Shown one piece after another: positions 1 through 7,709 of a DNA stretch of 37,801 bases; position 1 is the stretch's first letter; every line of letters starts with the position of its first letter. The notes under the pieces were generated by a model that searched no databases, had not been told where the DNA came from, and saw only the letters and a list, made by a program, of their open reading frames with translations. Position numbers and translations under genes: made by a program. Origin of the DNA: a virus (taxonomy: Duplodnaviria > Caudoviricetes); IMG/VR virus record IMGVR_UViG_3300032303_002088, positions 1-37,801 of that record; one strand, given 5' to 3'.

Positions 1-476
1 TTCATAGGAGAATCATAATTAAGAGGACAACCGATTTGCGTCATAAACCAACCATAGTGATTTAATTCTTTGATTGTTTTAGTGATTGCATTTTCATTAT
101 CACTTGCAAGAACATTAAATTCACTAGGATGGCAAGATACTCTTACATTTCTAGATTCAATAAGATGTTTGATACTATCAAATGATACTAATATTTTATG
201 ATAATCTGGTAAATCTTCTAGCTTTACATTTGCTTTGTCATAAGTGATAAGAGGAAAAAGATCAGAAGAAATTCTATAAGTATGATTATGGTCTGCACAA
301 TACTTTATGTATTGATATGTAACAATCATATTGTTAAGGATTCTAGAAGAAAGAGCAGAAAGAGCTTCTTGCCTTGGTAGGCTAGAGAATCTAGCATAAG
401 TCATAGTATTAAATTTAATTGGTTCATCTCTCTCTGCAAGAGATAAAACAATACAACACACACCTTTTCTACTCAT
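1..476 (-). CDS. uvsE: UV DNA damage endonuclease (UvsE/UVDE family), truncated by window start
   Basis: Not in ORF track; manual translation from ATG 476: MSRKGVCCIVLSL...TYRISSDLFPL...RVSCHPSEFNVLAS...IKELNHYG, matching UVDE motifs (GxxC, RxSS, SxHPxxF, EL). Confidence 0.9.
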   Translation of the reverse strand, partial: MSRKGVCCIVLSLAERDEPIKFNTMTYARFSSLPRQEALSALSSRILNNMIVTYQYIKYCADHNHTYRISSDLFPLITYDKANVKLEDLPDYHKILVSFDSIKHLIESRNVRVSCHPSEFNVLASDNENAITKTIKELNHYGWFMTQIGCPLNYDSPM

Positions 477-482
477 ATTACA

Positions 483-511
483 ATATTATTAGAATATACA
501 GCAATAGTCAA
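483..511 (-). promoter_or_regulatory. sigma70-like promoter for uvsE (leaderless)
   Basis: TTGACT-N17-TAATAT, 6 nt before ATG 476. Confidence 0.55.
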
Positions 512-517
512 GCAAGA

Positions 518-613
518 TCACCAATGATGTATAGCATTGATAATAAGGACTATATTAGCAATTATGCCAAGGACTACCACAAATAATTCAAATGTTTTGT
601 GTTTCATACTCAT
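518..613 (-). CDS. 31-aa single-TM small protein
   Basis: MSMKHKTFELFVVVLGIIANIVLIINAIHHW; fills the gap between co-oriented genes. Confidence 0.55.
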   Translation of the reverse strand: MSMKHKTFELFVVVLGIIANIVLIINAIHHW

Positions 614-618
614 ATATA

Positions 619-996
619 TTATACCTTCTCAAAAAATCCAAAGCTATTTAACCTTGTTGTGCCGTGGAACTTATACTTAATTGTAAAGTCATCTGGATGA
701 ATAAGTGAAAGAAATTTTCTACTTTCTTCTGTTTCATATAAATAATAATCTTGACCTATAATACATTCTATTCTGCACTCAAAAGTATCTACAAAATTAT
801 TCCATTCGTGCAAAGAAACCAACGCATCATATTCTGCCTTAATCTCTTGTAACCTAGTTTCTATTTTTTTATTGAGATTTAAATGTCTAACTTGTTGTAG
901 CTTACCAAGATCAGCAAGTTCAATTTTTGGAGCAGAGTATTCGGCTATGTAAGAAGAACTTGCACGATTTTCTAAAACTCTTTTTGGGTCTGTCAT
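619..996 (-). CDS. DUF2452-like hypothetical protein
   Basis: YSAPKI, IGQDYYLY and FLSLIHP pattern recalled from DUF2452; ATGA overlap with upstream ORF. Confidence 0.65.
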   Translation of the reverse strand: MTDPKRVLENRASSSYIAEYSAPKIELADLGKLQQVRHLNLNKKIETRLQEIKAEYDALVSLHEWNNFVDTFECRIECIIGQDYYLYETEESRKFLSLIHPDDFTIKYKFHGTTRLNSFGFFEKV

Positions 997-1169
997 CTGT
1001 AAATATATGTGGATGAACCATCTTTGTTTTTTAATTCTTTTTTAATCAACGACTTGTCTCTTTCATCTGACCAGTTTATACTATCAAAGTTTTGCTTAAA
1101 CCTATTAGAGAAACAATTTCTAGGCTTATCTCCCTTTCCAGCCCCATTATTTGCACTTTTTCCATTCAT
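993..1169 (-). CDS. 58-aa small phage protein (GKGDKPR...NFDxIxW type)
   Basis: Manual translation MNGKSANNGAGKGDKPRNCFSNRFKQNFDSINWSDERDKSLIKKELKNKDGSSTYIYR; its TGA overlaps the next ATG. Confidence 0.75.
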   Translation of the reverse strand: MNGKSANNGAGKGDKPRNCFSNRFKQNFDSINWSDERDKSLIKKELKNKDGSSTYIYR

Positions 1170-1298
1170 ATATTTGGCTTTTTTCTATTAGCAAATATGA
1201 CTCTATATTTGGGATTTATTGATTCACAAATACAACTATATTTGCAATATTTCTATTCACAAATACAGCTATATTTGAGATTTTTCTATTAGCAAATA
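1169..1298. repeat. Four tandem copies of palindromic TATATTTG-N15-CAAATA
   Basis: Units start at 1169, 1204, 1237, 1270 (period 35/33/33); inner spacing is exactly 15 nt in each. Confidence 0.9.
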
Positions 1299-1592
1299 TT
1301 ACTTACTAAAATCGCCAAGATCACGATCAAAAGAAAACTTGCCAGTCTTTTCTACAAGACCTTCGTAAGTCTCCTCTGTGCAATCTGCCATCGTAGTAAA
1401 AGGCGAGATTACTGCAAAGATACCAAATGCACCAATAGTTGCTGCAGCTGAAATTGGACGAACAAATACTAGATCTCCAGCTGATAGAAAGCCATCTGCT
1501 ACTGGAGTAGACTCACTTTGAGTATTAGAATCCGCGAATCCTACTGAAGCACAAAATAGTGCGATTAATGCTAGTGTCTTAATTTTATTCAT
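1299..1592 (-). CDS. Exported/membrane protein of a conserved bacterial small-protein type
   Basis: N-terminal signal peptide; DLVFVRP, hydrophobic helix, FSFDRDLG ending. Confidence 0.7.
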   Translation of the reverse strand: MNKIKTLALIALFCASVGFADSNTQSESTPVADGFLSAGDLVFVRPISAAATIGAFGIFAVISPFTTMADCTEETYEGLVEKTGKFSFDRDLGDFSK

Positions 1593-1600
1593 ATTAATAT

Positions 1601-1629
1601 ATTATATATGGTTATTATTGTTTCGTCAA
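1601..1629 (-). promoter_or_regulatory. sigma70 promoter (leaderless)
   Basis: TTGACG-N17-TATAAT, 8 nt before ATG 1592. Confidence 0.8.
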
Positions 1630-1630
1630 C

Positions 1631-1659
1631 TATATTTGGCATTTTTTCGTTAGCAAATA
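1631..1659. repeat. Fifth, isolated TATATTTG-N15-CAAATA copy
   Basis: tatatttg gcattttttcgttag caaata, directly upstream of the -35 box at 1624-1629. Confidence 0.85.
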
Positions 1660-1667
1660 TGATATTT

Positions 1668-1754
1668 CGGAACGAGTAGGATTCGAACCCACGGATGGAG
1701 TAAACCATCGGAAGTTTAGTAAACTTCTGCTTTAGACCACTCAGCCATCGTTCC
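1668..1754 (-). tRNA. tRNA-Ser, anticodon ACT, CCA not encoded
   Basis: Acceptor GGAACGA/TCGTTCC, G73 discriminator, anticodon arm GAAGT-TTACTAA-ACTTC, long variable arm GATGG/CCATC, T arm GTGGG-TTCGAAT-CCTAC. Confidence 0.92.
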
Positions 1755-1755
1755 G

Positions 1756-2046
1756 TTAATTATCATTTTCTGCCACATTATTAATATGATTTTTAATTAA
1801 ATTATATAATCTTATTTCTTCTGGATTAGCTTCTCTTTCGACTTTATCTAAAGAAGAAAATGCATATTCTTTTAATTGATGATGCTTAAACCTATATAAT
1901 TTATTTCCATTATCTGTTCTAGAATATTCTATATGTCTAAATGGCAAATCTTCACCTTTTATTTTGTATAGTGTGCCTAACTTTAATTTAATTTCTTGCT
2001 GTGGAAAAACTCCATCAATAAAATTTAAAATCTTTATCCAATTCAT
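1756..2046 (-). CDS. hypothetical protein
   Basis: ORF track 1756..2085; ATG 2046 preferred because of the ATGA overlap with the upstream gene. Confidence 0.65.
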   Translation of the reverse strand: MNWIKILNFIDGVFPQQEIKLKLGTLYKIKGEDLPFRHIEYSRTDNGNKLYRFKHHQLKEYAFSSLDKVEREANPEEIRLYNLIKNHINNVAENDN

Positions 2047-2228
2047 GATTTCTTCTTTTTCTTTTTGGGTTTTACATATTTCCAAACTTTGCCTTCCGTA
2101 TCTAAATCAACACTCCAAAGCATAATTTTATTGTATAATTTATATCCGTATCCATCGCCCCATACCATAGTGGTTGTGCTTATAATGTCGCCAATATAAT
2201 ATAAAATTTTAGATAATACAATCCTCAT
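2043..2228 (-). CDS. hypothetical protein with poly-Lys tail
   Basis: 61-aa ORF directly after a consensus promoter. Confidence 0.7.
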   Translation of the reverse strand: MRIVLSKILYYIGDIISTTTMVWGDGYGYKLYNKIMLWSVDLDTEGKVWKYVKPKKKKKKS

Positions 2229-2235
2229 ATATTAT

Positions 2236-2264
2236 ATGATATATTAAATGTAAGCTTTTGTCAA
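2236..2264 (-). promoter_or_regulatory. sigma70 promoter (leaderless)
   Basis: TTGACA-N17-TATCAT, 7 nt before ATG 2228. Confidence 0.8.
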
Positions 2265-2312
2265 ATATAAACTTTTTAATAACAGTTAAATAAATAGAAA
2301 GTCCCGCAGGTC

Positions 2313-2585
2313 TTAGGGCTTGCGTAACTTTTTACTTTTCGCTACAAAATCAAAAATTTCTTTTTCTACTTTTTCTAAATTTTTATATTCTATTTCACTT
2401 TTGTTAATCAATGTTTTAATTTTTTTGATAGTAGAATTAATTTGATCTTCTACTTCTGGACTCCATTCCATAGATTCTAATTTATCTAAATTAGTAAATT
2501 CTTCATTAGCGATTTTTTCTAAAAAATTTGAAGAATTCAAAGCTAATAAAGCTTTATTGATTAAATCTTGCGTTGCATCACTCAT
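2313..2585 (-). CDS. hypothetical coiled-coil protein
   Basis: 90 aa, overlapping operon packing. Confidence 0.7.
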   Translation of the reverse strand: MSDATQDLINKALLALNSSNFLEKIANEEFTNLDKLESMEWSPEVEDQINSTIKKIKTLINKSEIEYKNLEKVEKEIFDFVAKSKKLRKP

Positions 2586-2821
2586 AAAGAATTTTTCTTT
2601 GGAATAAACTCTACTAATACTTTTGATCCATTAACTTCAAAATATCTTAAATTAAAACCTTTTCGATCTAAAATTTTAGAAAGTTCATCAAAATATTTTT
2701 TTTCAATATATGCAGATATAACTTTATCTTCATGAATACTTACGCCATATTGATTTGTAAATTCAGAGCATAAACATAAGGCTTCTTCCATGTTGCTCAT
2801 ATTATGATTTACACTGGTCAT
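2582..2821 (-). CDS. hypothetical protein
   Basis: 79 aa, 4-nt overlaps on both sides. Confidence 0.7.
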   Translation of the reverse strand: MTSVNHNMSNMEEALCLCSEFTNQYGVSIHEDKVISAYIEKKYFDELSKILDRKGFNLRYFEVNGSKVLVEFIPKKNSL

Positions 2822-3012
2822 TTTGGTTTGATTATATATAATTCTGGTTTAGTCGTAATCTTATTTAAATAAGATCTTGCTGAAGTTAAGCCTTCTTTAC
2901 TATATGGAAAAACTCCATATTGGAATTTGTCTCTTTTTGATAGAATAATATAATATTTTTTCTTTTTAATCTTATTGATAGATTTATTTTTTTTATTCTT
3001 AAGTTTTTTCAT
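2818..3012 (-). CDS. hypothetical basic protein
   Basis: 64 aa, operon packing. Confidence 0.65.
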   Translation of the reverse strand: MKKLKNKKNKSINKIKKKKYYIILSKRDKFQYGVFPYSKEGLTSARSYLNKITTKPELYIIKPK

Positions 3013-3244
3013 TGTTTATTTTTTCCTTAAATTTATCCCAAAATATTTTTCCTTTACCATTCGTACTATGTTCTGCTAATCTATAAGCATTTTTAGCTTT
3101 AAAATCATTAAAATCTTTAGTTAATTCAAGATCTTCTGGTATAGAAGATATATAATCTTCAATTATATTTTGCATTTCATTATCTAATTTGTTATAATAA
3201 TCTGCAATTTTATTAAGTCTATCTCTAACTTCTTGCTTGTTCAT
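2999..3244 (-). CDS. hypothetical protein
   Basis: 81 aa, operon packing. Confidence 0.65.
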   Translation of the reverse strand: MNKQEVRDRLNKIADYYNKLDNEMQNIIEDYISSIPEDLELTKDFNDFKAKNAYRLAEHSTNGKGKIFWDKFKEKINNEKT

Positions 3245-3491
3245 TTATTTGATTATTTAAAAATTCAATAAAGTCACCAAAAGTATTAATATTTTTCTTC
3301 ATTAATTCTATTTGTTGCATATTTCTTATCAATTTTATGTCGTAAGCATCTTCAATTTCAGATCCTATCGAAATAAATGAAAGAGAATCTAAATCTAGAG
3401 ATTTTAAATCAGTTGTTTTTTTAATTTCAACTTTTTCTGCTAATTCTGCTTGTAAAAGCATACGAATATGATCTTCATCTATTAGTTTCAT
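3225..3491 (-). CDS. acpP: Acyl carrier protein (phosphopantetheine-binding)
   Basis: 88 aa, acidic; LDLDSL attachment motif, followed by EIEDAYDIKL and TFGDFIEFL helix pattern. Confidence 0.85.
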   Translation of the reverse strand: MKLIDEDHIRMLLQAELAEKVEIKKTTDLKSLDLDSLSFISIGSEIEDAYDIKLIRNMQQIELMKKNINTFGDFIEFLNNQINEQARS

Positions 3492-3504
3492 ATATATATT
3501 ATAA

Positions 3505-4500
3505 TTAAATAGATTCTTTATTACCAGAAAATACTACTTCACAATATGAATTCAATTCTTTTGAAATATATTCTTTCATGTTATCGAAATCATTAAATTT
3601 AATAAAATTTGGGCCTTCTTTATCATTATCTAATCGCAATTTAAATATCCCTAATTCTTCTAATATATCGCATTTATTGATAATTAATTTTGTAGTTCCA
3701 GATTTTTTAATAGCAGACAATAGTTTATTAAAATTTAACCAATTAACTAATCTCTTTCTTCCAGTAGTTGTACCATATTCTTTTCCTAGCTCTATTAATC
3801 TATTTAACTCTTCATCTTCCCATAAAGATTCTGGAAATAAAGGATCAATTCCGCTTTTTGTATCGTATATTTTAGCGATACCAATAATGTCTCTTATTAA
3901 TTTAGGACTAAAACCTAAAGAACATGCTGAATATGGCAAGGTTTCACTACTTGTTACATAAGGATAATCGCCATAATTAATATCTAACCAAAAACTTTGT
4001 GCTCCTTCGCATAAAACTTTACCATTTAATTCTCCGTCCCAAATATATTTTTTATCTAAATAATTTTTTGCTATTTTACCAATTCTAAGCATTTTATCTG
4101 AATAACAAGGAGCAATACCTTGTCCAGTTGTTCCTAGTTTTGGTTTTAAAAATTTTAGATCATATTGAATATGTTTTTCAGTAATTATATGAGCATTGGG
4201 ACTAACCTTGATTAATGATGTATCAAATCCTTCTTTTTTAAGATAATCTATCTCATCAAAAAATTTATCAATATTGATAACACAATTTGGACCAATAACG
4301 CATTTTTTACTATGAAAAATTCCACAAGGAATGACATGAGTTTTATATTGCTTATCATTTAAATAAACTGTATGTCCTGCATTTGGCCCACCATTCCAAC
4401 GACATACATAGTCATAATTATTAGTTATTGCATTTACAATTTTGCCTTTGCCTTCATCCCCCCAAGAAAGGCCAAAAACAATATCAACAAACTCTATCAT
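3505..4500 (-). CDS. purA: Adenylosuccinate synthetase, short form
   Basis: WGDEGKGK, GGPNAGHT, GTTGQGI, EGAQ, YPYVTSS, GTTTGRKR, NKCD; ATG 4500 overlaps upstream TGA. Confidence 0.93.
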   Translation of the reverse strand: MIEFVDIVFGLSWGDEGKGKIVNAITNNYDYVCRWNGGPNAGHTVYLNDKQYKTHVIPCGIFHSKKCVIGPNCVINIDKFFDEIDYLKKEGFDTSLIKVSPNAHIITEKHIQYDLKFLKPKLGTTGQGIAPCYSDKMLRIGKIAKNYLDKKYIWDGELNGKVLCEGAQSFWLDINYGDYPYVTSSETLPYSACSLGFSPKLIRDIIGIAKIYDTKSGIDPLFPESLWEDEELNRLIELGKEYGTTTGRKRLVNWLNFNKLLSAIKKSGTTKLIINKCDILEELGIFKLRLDNDKEGPNFIKFNDFDNMKEYISKELNSYCEVVFSGNKESI

Positions 4501-4715
4501 TGTTCGCAATTATATAATTTGCTAGGGTTTCTTAAATTAAAGATATTTACATTTTCTTCTTTTTTATCAGAAATAATAGTTACAGTTTCATGATCAATAA
4601 CTTTATTTACAATACCACAATATCCCTCTTCTGTTATAGAGTTTGTTATAACAAACATTTTCTTACCCAAGATTCTTTTTAGAATGTTAAATTTAATTTT
4701 ATTTACTGTTTCCAT
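4497..4715 (-). CDS. hypothetical small beta-rich protein
   Basis: Start reassigned to ATG 4715, 7 nt after TATAAT. Confidence 0.65.
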   Translation of the reverse strand: METVNKIKFNILKRILGKKMFVITNSITEEGYCGIVNKVIDHETVTIISDKKEENVNIFNLRNPSKLYNCEQ

Positions 4716-4722
4716 ATTTATT

Positions 4723-4751
4723 ATTATATAACTTATATATTGAAAATGCAA
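4723..4751 (-). promoter_or_regulatory. sigma70 promoter for the hyp-purA-acpP unit
   Basis: TTGCAT-N17-TATAAT. Confidence 0.7.
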
Positions 4752-4756
4752 TCTTT

Positions 4757-5050
4757 TTAATAAAAAACTATTGCGATTGCGTATTCTTTTTCATGAGATA
4801 ATGATACTTGTGCATTGTGTTTTTTATTGTTTAAAAAAATATAAGGTTTATTTTCAATATCTAAAACTTCTATTTCTTTTTTAATTCCAGCTTTGTATGC
4901 TGCTTCTTTTACTGCCCATTTTCCAGCTAATTTTTTATAATAATTTCCAGACTTAGCTTGTTTTATTTCTCTAAAAGAAAAAGTTTTGTTTACAAAAGAT
5001 GTTTTTGCTTCTTTAAATCTATTTATTTCAACTAAATCTATTCCAATCAT
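4757..5050 (-). CDS. acpS: Holo-ACP synthase (AcpS-type phosphopantetheinyl transferase)
   Basis: IGIDLVEINRF, AGKWAVKEAAYKA, KP, VSLSHE motifs. Confidence 0.92.
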   Translation of the reverse strand: MIGIDLVEINRFKEAKTSFVNKTFSFREIKQAKSGNYYKKLAGKWAVKEAAYKAGIKKEIEVLDIENKPYIFLNNKKHNAQVSLSHEKEYAIAIVFY

Positions 5051-5052
5051 AT

Positions 5053-6159
5053 TTATTTTCCGTGTGCAAAACTTTCATACATACTGTTTGCACTTACTCG
5101 AACTACCTTAATCTTATTGTTCCAAATCCCTCCTCGCATCTCTTCTATAGTTCTAAAACCTAAATAACTCATAGAACTTCTTAATCCATTTGTAAAATCA
5201 TATACAACATCTTCTAAAGTCTTATCCTCTATTAAAGGAATTAAAGTATGATCTCCTTCTACAAAAAGATTCTTTTTCGTGCCATCATATAATTCGTAAT
5301 CTTCTACTACATCTTTACTTGCCATGCCTCTATATTTTCCATATCTTTTGCCATTTTTTTCTATAATATTTTCTTCATCAATTGCATCAGCTAATCCAGC
5401 AAAAATTCTTCCACAAATTACTCCATCTGAACCAGATGCAATAGCTTTTACTAAATCTCTAGGGTTTCTAATTCCACCATCAGCAAGAATACTTGGTCTG
5501 TTTTCTTCTTTAGGATTTTCATGTCTAAAGTAATCAAGATTGGCTAATTGAAAATTCCTAACAGCTTTCCAAGCATAATATAAGCCAGTAACACTTGGAC
5601 ATCCTATTCCAGTTTTTATTTGTGTCAAACACATAGAACCTGGACCAATAAGATGTCTAAAACCATCTGCTTTTAAATTAGCTAAACGATAAACACTTTC
5701 TTTTGTTAAAGTATTACCAACTATAATATCTTGATGATAGGAAGATTGTTTATACCAAATTAAAAAATCTTCAACATTTTGTGACAAACCATTAGCTGTA
5801 TCCAAAAAGAATATATCTGTATAAGGAGCAATAATTGGTAATCTTGTTTGAAAATCTTTTAAACCTATAGCATTTATACAAAAATTACTTTGATCTTTTA
5901 TATACCTTGCTTTTACTGCTTGATCCTCTGGACTCATGAATCTATGAAGAACTCCAGCTCCACCAATTTTGTTAATTTTAATGCATGATTTTACAGATGA
6001 AACTGTATCCATTGGGGATAAAATAATTGGAATATCAATATATTTATTTTTAGATATTTTTGTAACAGTACTTACTTCTTTTCTAGATGATATATTAGAA
6101 AAATTAGGTAATAAAGCTATATCATCATATCCTAATCCTTCTTCAATGTGTATTTTCAT
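5053..6159 (-). CDS. IMPDH/GMP reductase family enzyme without CBS domains; GMP reductase favoured
   Basis: SPMDTV, GVLHRF, GPGSMC (catalytic Cys), ADGGIR, YRGMAS, VEG, GLRSSMSYLG; no Arg-Tyr dyad in the flap. Confidence 0.88.
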   Translation of the reverse strand: MKIHIEEGLGYDDIALLPNFSNISSRKEVSTVTKISKNKYIDIPIILSPMDTVSSVKSCIKINKIGGAGVLHRFMSPEDQAVKARYIKDQSNFCINAIGLKDFQTRLPIIAPYTDIFFLDTANGLSQNVEDFLIWYKQSSYHQDIIVGNTLTKESVYRLANLKADGFRHLIGPGSMCLTQIKTGIGCPSVTGLYYAWKAVRNFQLANLDYFRHENPKEENRPSILADGGIRNPRDLVKAIASGSDGVICGRIFAGLADAIDEENIIEKNGKRYGKYRGMASKDVVEDYELYDGTKKNLFVEGDHTLIPLIEDKTLEDVVYDFTNGLRSSMSYLGFRTIEEMRGGIWNNKIKVVRVSANSMYESFAHGK

Positions 6160-6161
6160 AA

Positions 6162-6452
6162 TTAAAACTCTAATATTTCCTTATTTTCTTTCTTTACATG
6201 TATGACTTGTGCTTCTTCTTTTTCTTTGATAATATCAATTTCTTCTTTTGTCAAAAATTGATTTAAATTGTCTTTGATATTATTTAAAAAAGCTATATGA
6301 TTTTTATTGCAAGGGCAAGTTGGATTTGAAGCGACAGCATCATATATGTTTTTATATTTATCCATAATATCATTTATACCTTTGAGTTTATAATCATGAA
6401 TAAGAACTATAATCTCCCAATTTTTTTCAATGCTAAGTACTGGATCTTTCAT
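6162..6452 (-). CDS. hypothetical protein with CPC motif
   Basis: 96 aa, TCPCNK. Confidence 0.7.
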   Translation of the reverse strand: MKDPVLSIEKNWEIIVLIHDYKLKGINDIMDKYKNIYDAVASNPTCPCNKNHIAFLNNIKDNLNQFLTKEEIDIIKEKEEAQVIHVKKENKEILEF

Positions 6453-6793
6453 GCTTTATCTGAATATAAGTATATTATAATTTTATATAAAAGTAAACTT
6501 AAAATATAAATAAAACCTAAAAATTTAAAACTAATAAAAAATGAAGATATTAAAGATAACCAAAAAGTAATACATAATGGGCAACTTATCAATCTTATAA
6601 AAAAATTATTATAATTCAATACTAAAAAATTAATAAACATGCCTTGATTTTGTATTTTAGAAACATTTTTATACTCATTAATATATTTAGATATAAATGG
6701 CAGAAAAAATCCATATTCAACAATCACATTAGTTTTAAACCATATAGTTAAAAATGATGCTGTAAAAAAAGAAAATAAAATTGCTTCAATCAT
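6449..6793 (-). CDS. Membrane protein with CPxC motif (DUF1360-like)
   Basis: Hydrophobic segments and LISCPLCITFW. Confidence 0.65.
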   Translation of the reverse strand: MIEAILFSFFTASFLTIWFKTNVIVEYGFFLPFISKYINEYKNVSKIQNQGMFINFLVLNYNNFFIRLISCPLCITFWLSLISSFFISFKFLGFIYILSLLLYKIIIYLYSDKA

Positions 6794-7290
6794 TCTGGTA
6801 ATTCTGGATTGTATGATGGTTTTTTATCTGATTTCAAGGTATTTGAATATGTATAACTTGAACTAGTAGATGGAGTTTCTTGTTTTTGTGAGTTATAAGA
6901 AGTCGAAAGTGTGATAGCGGGTTTTATTAAATTGGTTTCTTCAATGTTATCTGGATTTAATGCAGATATATATCTATCTGGAAATTGAACAGGATAAACG
7001 CTATTAGTAGAAGTTGTTCTATATACTGCCCATGTCTGATTAGAATGATCATTTCCGTAATTTTGTCGTCTTACAATATAACTAGGAAATTGTCTATGGT
7101 ATATTGTGTTAGTACCTAAAGAATCAAATAACCAGTATTCATTATTATTCATTTTTCTTATAGTCATTGATGGAAATTGCCTAGCGAAAACACTATTAGT
7201 AGATGTTGTTCTAGTTATAGTTGCCTCTTGATATTGACAAAATGCAACGGAATTTATTGCTATGTATATAAATATAAATAATTTTTTCAT
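6790..7290 (-). CDS. Secreted protein with three internal repeats
   Basis: Signal peptide; repeats RTTSTNSVFARQFPS, DSLGTNTIYHRQFPS, RTTSTNSVYPVQFPD; S/T-rich tail. Confidence 0.75.
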   Translation of the reverse strand: MKKLFIFIYIAINSVAFCQYQEATITRTTSTNSVFARQFPSMTIRKMNNNEYWLFDSLGTNTIYHRQFPSYIVRRQNYGNDHSNQTWAVYRTTSTNSVYPVQFPDRYISALNPDNIEETNLIKPAITLSTSYNSQKQETPSTSSSYTYSNTLKSDKKPSYNPELPE

Positions 7291-7709
7291 ATTTTTTCTA
7301 TCCAGTTTATTTTTGTTATTGGTAAAACAACTATTTGAGCTATTTTATCTCCAATAAATATATCTAATTTTGTCCTTTCTCCAAAAAATCTTTCTTTATC
7401 TGTTCTCATAAAAAATTCTTTAGGATTATTTATATTTGTCATAATAATTGATACTTCTTTAAATTGACCGTGAGTTAAAATTTCTGGAAAAACAGTAACG
7501 CCAGATTTAAAGTATAAATCTTTTTTAGATAAAATCATTCCAAAATAACCCTCTGGTATTTGAACTGATAACGATGTTTTAATATTTTTTCTTTCTCCTG
7601 CTGAAATAGTTGTTCTCTCTGCACTAGATAAATCATAAATAAATTGAGAATCTGCATCAGAAGGATCTTTTGCTCTGGTAAATATTTTTTTATATAATGC
7701 AGTTATCAT
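7287..7709 (-). CDS. Trimeric dUTPase-like protein, catalytic motifs degenerate
   Basis: YDL, IPEGYFG and GDKIAQ retained; RSG, GxIDxDY and the C-terminal RGxGGFGSTG motifs are absent. Confidence 0.8.
   Translation of the reverse strand: MITALYKKIFTRAKDPSDADSQFIYDLSSAERTTISAGERKNIKTSLSVQIPEGYFGMILSKKDLYFKSGVTVFPEILTHGQFKEVSIIMTNINNPKEFFMRTDKERFFGERTKLDIFIGDKIAQIVVLPITKINWIEKI

Noticed and set aside
1009-1292. Plus-strand ORFs 1009..1191 and 1092..1292
   Set aside because: Antisense to a coherent operon and crossing the repeat array; non-ATG starts.
1169-1298. Mini CRISPR array
   Set aside because: Variable parts are only 15 nt and resemble each other; no cas genes in the window.
2290-2325. 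Intrinsic terminator after 2313 (minus strand)
   Set aside because: GC-rich patch, but the stem is short and imperfect; not supportable by eye.
3505-4500. PurZ (diaminopurine Z-genome) pathway
   Set aside because: Motif is GDEGKG with the catalytic Asp of PurA rather than the Ser of PurZ; no DatZ or MazZ visible in the window.
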